A stretch of DNA of 35,824 nt from an uncultured virus (IMG/VR IMGVR_UViG_3300028833_000009) (Duplodnaviria; Heunggongvirae; Uroviricota; Caudoviricetes). The notes beneath the pieces are model-generated. The model worked only from the letters and a program-made list of their open reading frames with translations. It made no database searches and was not told where the DNA came from. The stretch's first letter is position 1. Every line of letters starts with the position of its first letter. Location: the IMG/VR virus record IMGVR_UViG_3300028833_000009. One strand, given 5' to 3'. This document shows positions 35,501-35,824 of the stretch, in pieces. The position numbers were made by a program, and so were the translations under genes.

Positions 35501-35824
35501 ATTAGTTAACCCGTCAACAGTATTGCTAAGTGTGCTAATTTTACCGTCAGAATCATAAACTTCATGACTTAAACCATCGGCTGTATTTTTAAGTGTACTA
35601 ACTTTGCCTTCCGCAGTACTAACTCTATTAGTTAACCCGTCAACAGTATTAGTAAGTATGCTGATTTTACCGTCAGAATCATAAACTTCATGACTTAAAC
35701 CATCGGCTGTATTTTTAAGTGTACTAACTTTGCCTTCCGCAGTACTAACTCTATTAGTTAACCCGTCAACAGTATTGCTAAGTGTGCTAATTTTACCGTC
35801 AGAATCATAAACTTCATGACTTAA
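29573..35824 (-). CDS. giant tail spike/central fibre protein, 5' end beyond the window (>2080 aa)
   Basis: The track start at 35131 is an internal TTG; in-frame 126-nt repeats continue to 35824; I.ADK..I.G motif, then S/T/G-rich beta modules. Confidence 0.85.
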   Translation of the reverse strand, partial: LSHEVYDSDGKISTLSNTVDGLTNRVSTAEGKVSTLKNTADGLSHEVYDSDGKISILTNTVDGLTNRVSTAEGKVSTLKNTADGLSHEVYDSDGKISTLSNTVDGLTNRVSTAEGKVSTLKNTADGLSHEVYDSDGKISILTNTVDGLTNRVSTAEGKVSTLKNTADGLSHEVYDSDGKISTLSNTVDGLTNRVSTAEGEVSTLKNTADGLHHEVYDSDGKISTLSNTVDGLTNRVSTAEGEVSTLKNTANGLSHEVYDSDGKISILTNTVDGLTNRVSTAEGKVSTLKNTADGLHHEVYDSDGKISTLSNTVNGLTNKVSTTEGQISTLENTTEGFRTRIEKVVDTSGNIKASEIATSINNQTGEGQVLISADKVLIDGKTTLKGTLKIDDGNLVVDRTAVFQNTDGRQVSINNGTLSANDVSIKSGGGIKFIGSQTGEYYNLQMSDVAGMIVKAEVDTKTNTLKMWKKGDAASSPSINFKKAASSLSGTWSGSTLTVAPTGETTPKYTIGFTGDPNELLGIKYKSVEESTVTGYLTVGGAVTTDYYDDASDIWVHGTERHPFTINVNATDILKSKYDNGWKNAAGKVNTPTTQPSNITNTLTITYPNKTTPDGTDGSIPYTVTVDDDYAYIKAPGGVTVARVENLTDDTGWNVGYDTAEGYFDPPETKTAQNVSNSFTIGYPKADRSGQGIYTYTMTKGTPGTSGYASVVLNGNLKARIDISDWYKAGWNDMRAGVNQPTSDIGAVLTGSISVSKYQANGVTTNPTVYTYSLSKNDAFKPQGTSSTIHTVELKYNSNVVARIDAESFYTDGKNSGYDAEHGAYITDNANTNAKITTYDLTPSNSGKSLTIYPVFKKTDNTYQRGSSLVVSTPAVAPGFIAGSDGKYYIDAHYSTQSGSISIKSSQYKLGLNGTNVQIQNGNGIRYSNTDSYDVSTSLEPLTVTANSPSGSPYVPSNGKIGFSSVVVNVPSETITPELSGNWSGDTLTVSSNPSAVQNFIVSLSGTPSIRRHILSMSSSGISTRTNATTISAPITLKYQTSANVQPTDIATKNVLIGLSDVLENRTVKPDSTTTYTPGEGKIGLSSLTVDISNITDSIRTRFNTTQGQYWIEATRNGSTLSEAAKVYYKLGLIGTSIQIQDANGVRLSNSATYDVSTSLEPLTVTANSPSGSPYVPSNGKIGFSSVVVNVPASTVTAAWEKASSQVPFTNKLNIKRDGTSILTSTIGVTLTHNSSDHNYTVIVTGTNPDGNGSSTVYTSSTGDQPYIDGWSDARTSTGDFPGTTQGTTPSGNIPNNIVVKRPNSTVNGTATEYTYTVSADNSYAYIKYGSATVAQVANPAYGNGYDANHNTYITNNTSTNAKITTLDLNPTSSGSSLTVYPVFKKTDNAYQRGDSLKVSSPAISTRFLHGTDNNYYIDAYYSTQSGAISVSSSQYKLGLSGKTVQVQNSSGTQISGTSTLDVSSLYSSGWSDARTSTGDFPGTTQGTTPSGNIPNNIVVKRPNSTVNGTATEYTYTVSADNSYAYIKYGSATVAQVKHSAYANGGIITEGSWTTSLWNNTNRPARAEMTYTSAGGDSKKIEIGMAIGSEIVADNEAIIVIRAYDNAGNATPVLSRKFSVTVDNSYAYMKIDSSTIAQVPNPAYSNGYELAKSKLSIPASQASNAYINVSYPINSVTSSTKQGTTKYQMYDEGNNKVVLKNTSVPNAVTVAEYTHNKYTAGQNSVNVNKGTWTKSLNTSGRASITYSPSAGTGSSQKLNLAFGRALSDSSSIAFMAKHDSDSGDYDDILTRSTSYTIDGWSGNTNKVHFKIGNTEFQTATITAPSVTHSPTATVDITAKSSEPDSSGYDLIGTISPGSSTTWYTMQAKCGTSAKNYKLKVTPATETKSITSNGTYTPSSGNVGFSSVTVNVSASHSPRATIQSLGTAEPTDGIDGDLGTSRPSNETNWYKVIAACGDSSYTYKLKITPNGSNYGWPGGNTSNENCTVTRFGASPDLKLKMVANGAHVDLRNNDNGTVARLSNVIPSTDVSGWSVSLVGTSSAISGYSNTGKTVTASSITTDGYIKLDFKVGSISKKWYITFKQ
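31215..32018. repeat. exact about 200-bp direct repeat, 600 bp apart
   Basis: 31215-31418 equals 31815-32018 (GWSDARTSTGDFPG...ATVAQV). Confidence 0.9.
32250..33027. repeat. exact about 115-bp direct repeat, 663 bp apart
   Basis: Starts at 32250 and 32913 (YDVSTSLEPLTVTANSPSGSPYVPSNGKIGFSSVVVNVP). Confidence 0.9.
34830..35824. repeat. 126-bp tandem repeat (42 aa = 2 x 21 aa), about 8 copies in the window
   Basis: TNRVSTAEGKVSTLKNTADGL SHEVYDSDGKISTLSNTVDGL. Confidence 0.95.

Noticed and set aside
1..35824. Stop-codon reassignment
   Set aside because: Long genes (thyX, Ro60, lysins, fibres) are intact in the standard code; no suppressor tRNA seen

Overview
A 35.8-kb piece of a tailed phage genome, probably infecting Firmicutes/Clostridia (strong AGGAGG Shine-Dalgarno (SD) sites, phiLC3-type holin, NlpC/P60 and peptidoglycan-binding lysins). 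Essentially all genes are on the minus strand. The right part (about 16.2-35.8 kb) is a late module: a giant repeat-rich tail protein open to the window end, holins, a 1550-aa modular fibre, a six-gene uncharacterised cluster split by the fibre genes, tRNA-Ile(UAU) and three cell-wall genes. The left part (1-16.2 kb) is an accessory region of small ORFs (many zinc-ribbon, two Lar-like) plus thyX. Much of it is built from one-gene units, each started by a fixed-spacing 25-bp motif (TCGCA-N6-ACA-N10-T, 13 copies) usually fused to an upstream terminator. Several of these units appear to encode RNAs. The highlight is a Ro60/TROVE gene preceded by two tandem Y-RNA-like hairpins that share a covarying scaffold but have unrelated loops; one loop is the antisense of an SD + ATG region, suggesting a possible guide-bearing Ro60 RNP. 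A separate unit folds into three tandem pseudoknots. All RNA structures were paired by eye and family calls come from motif recognition, not database searches.
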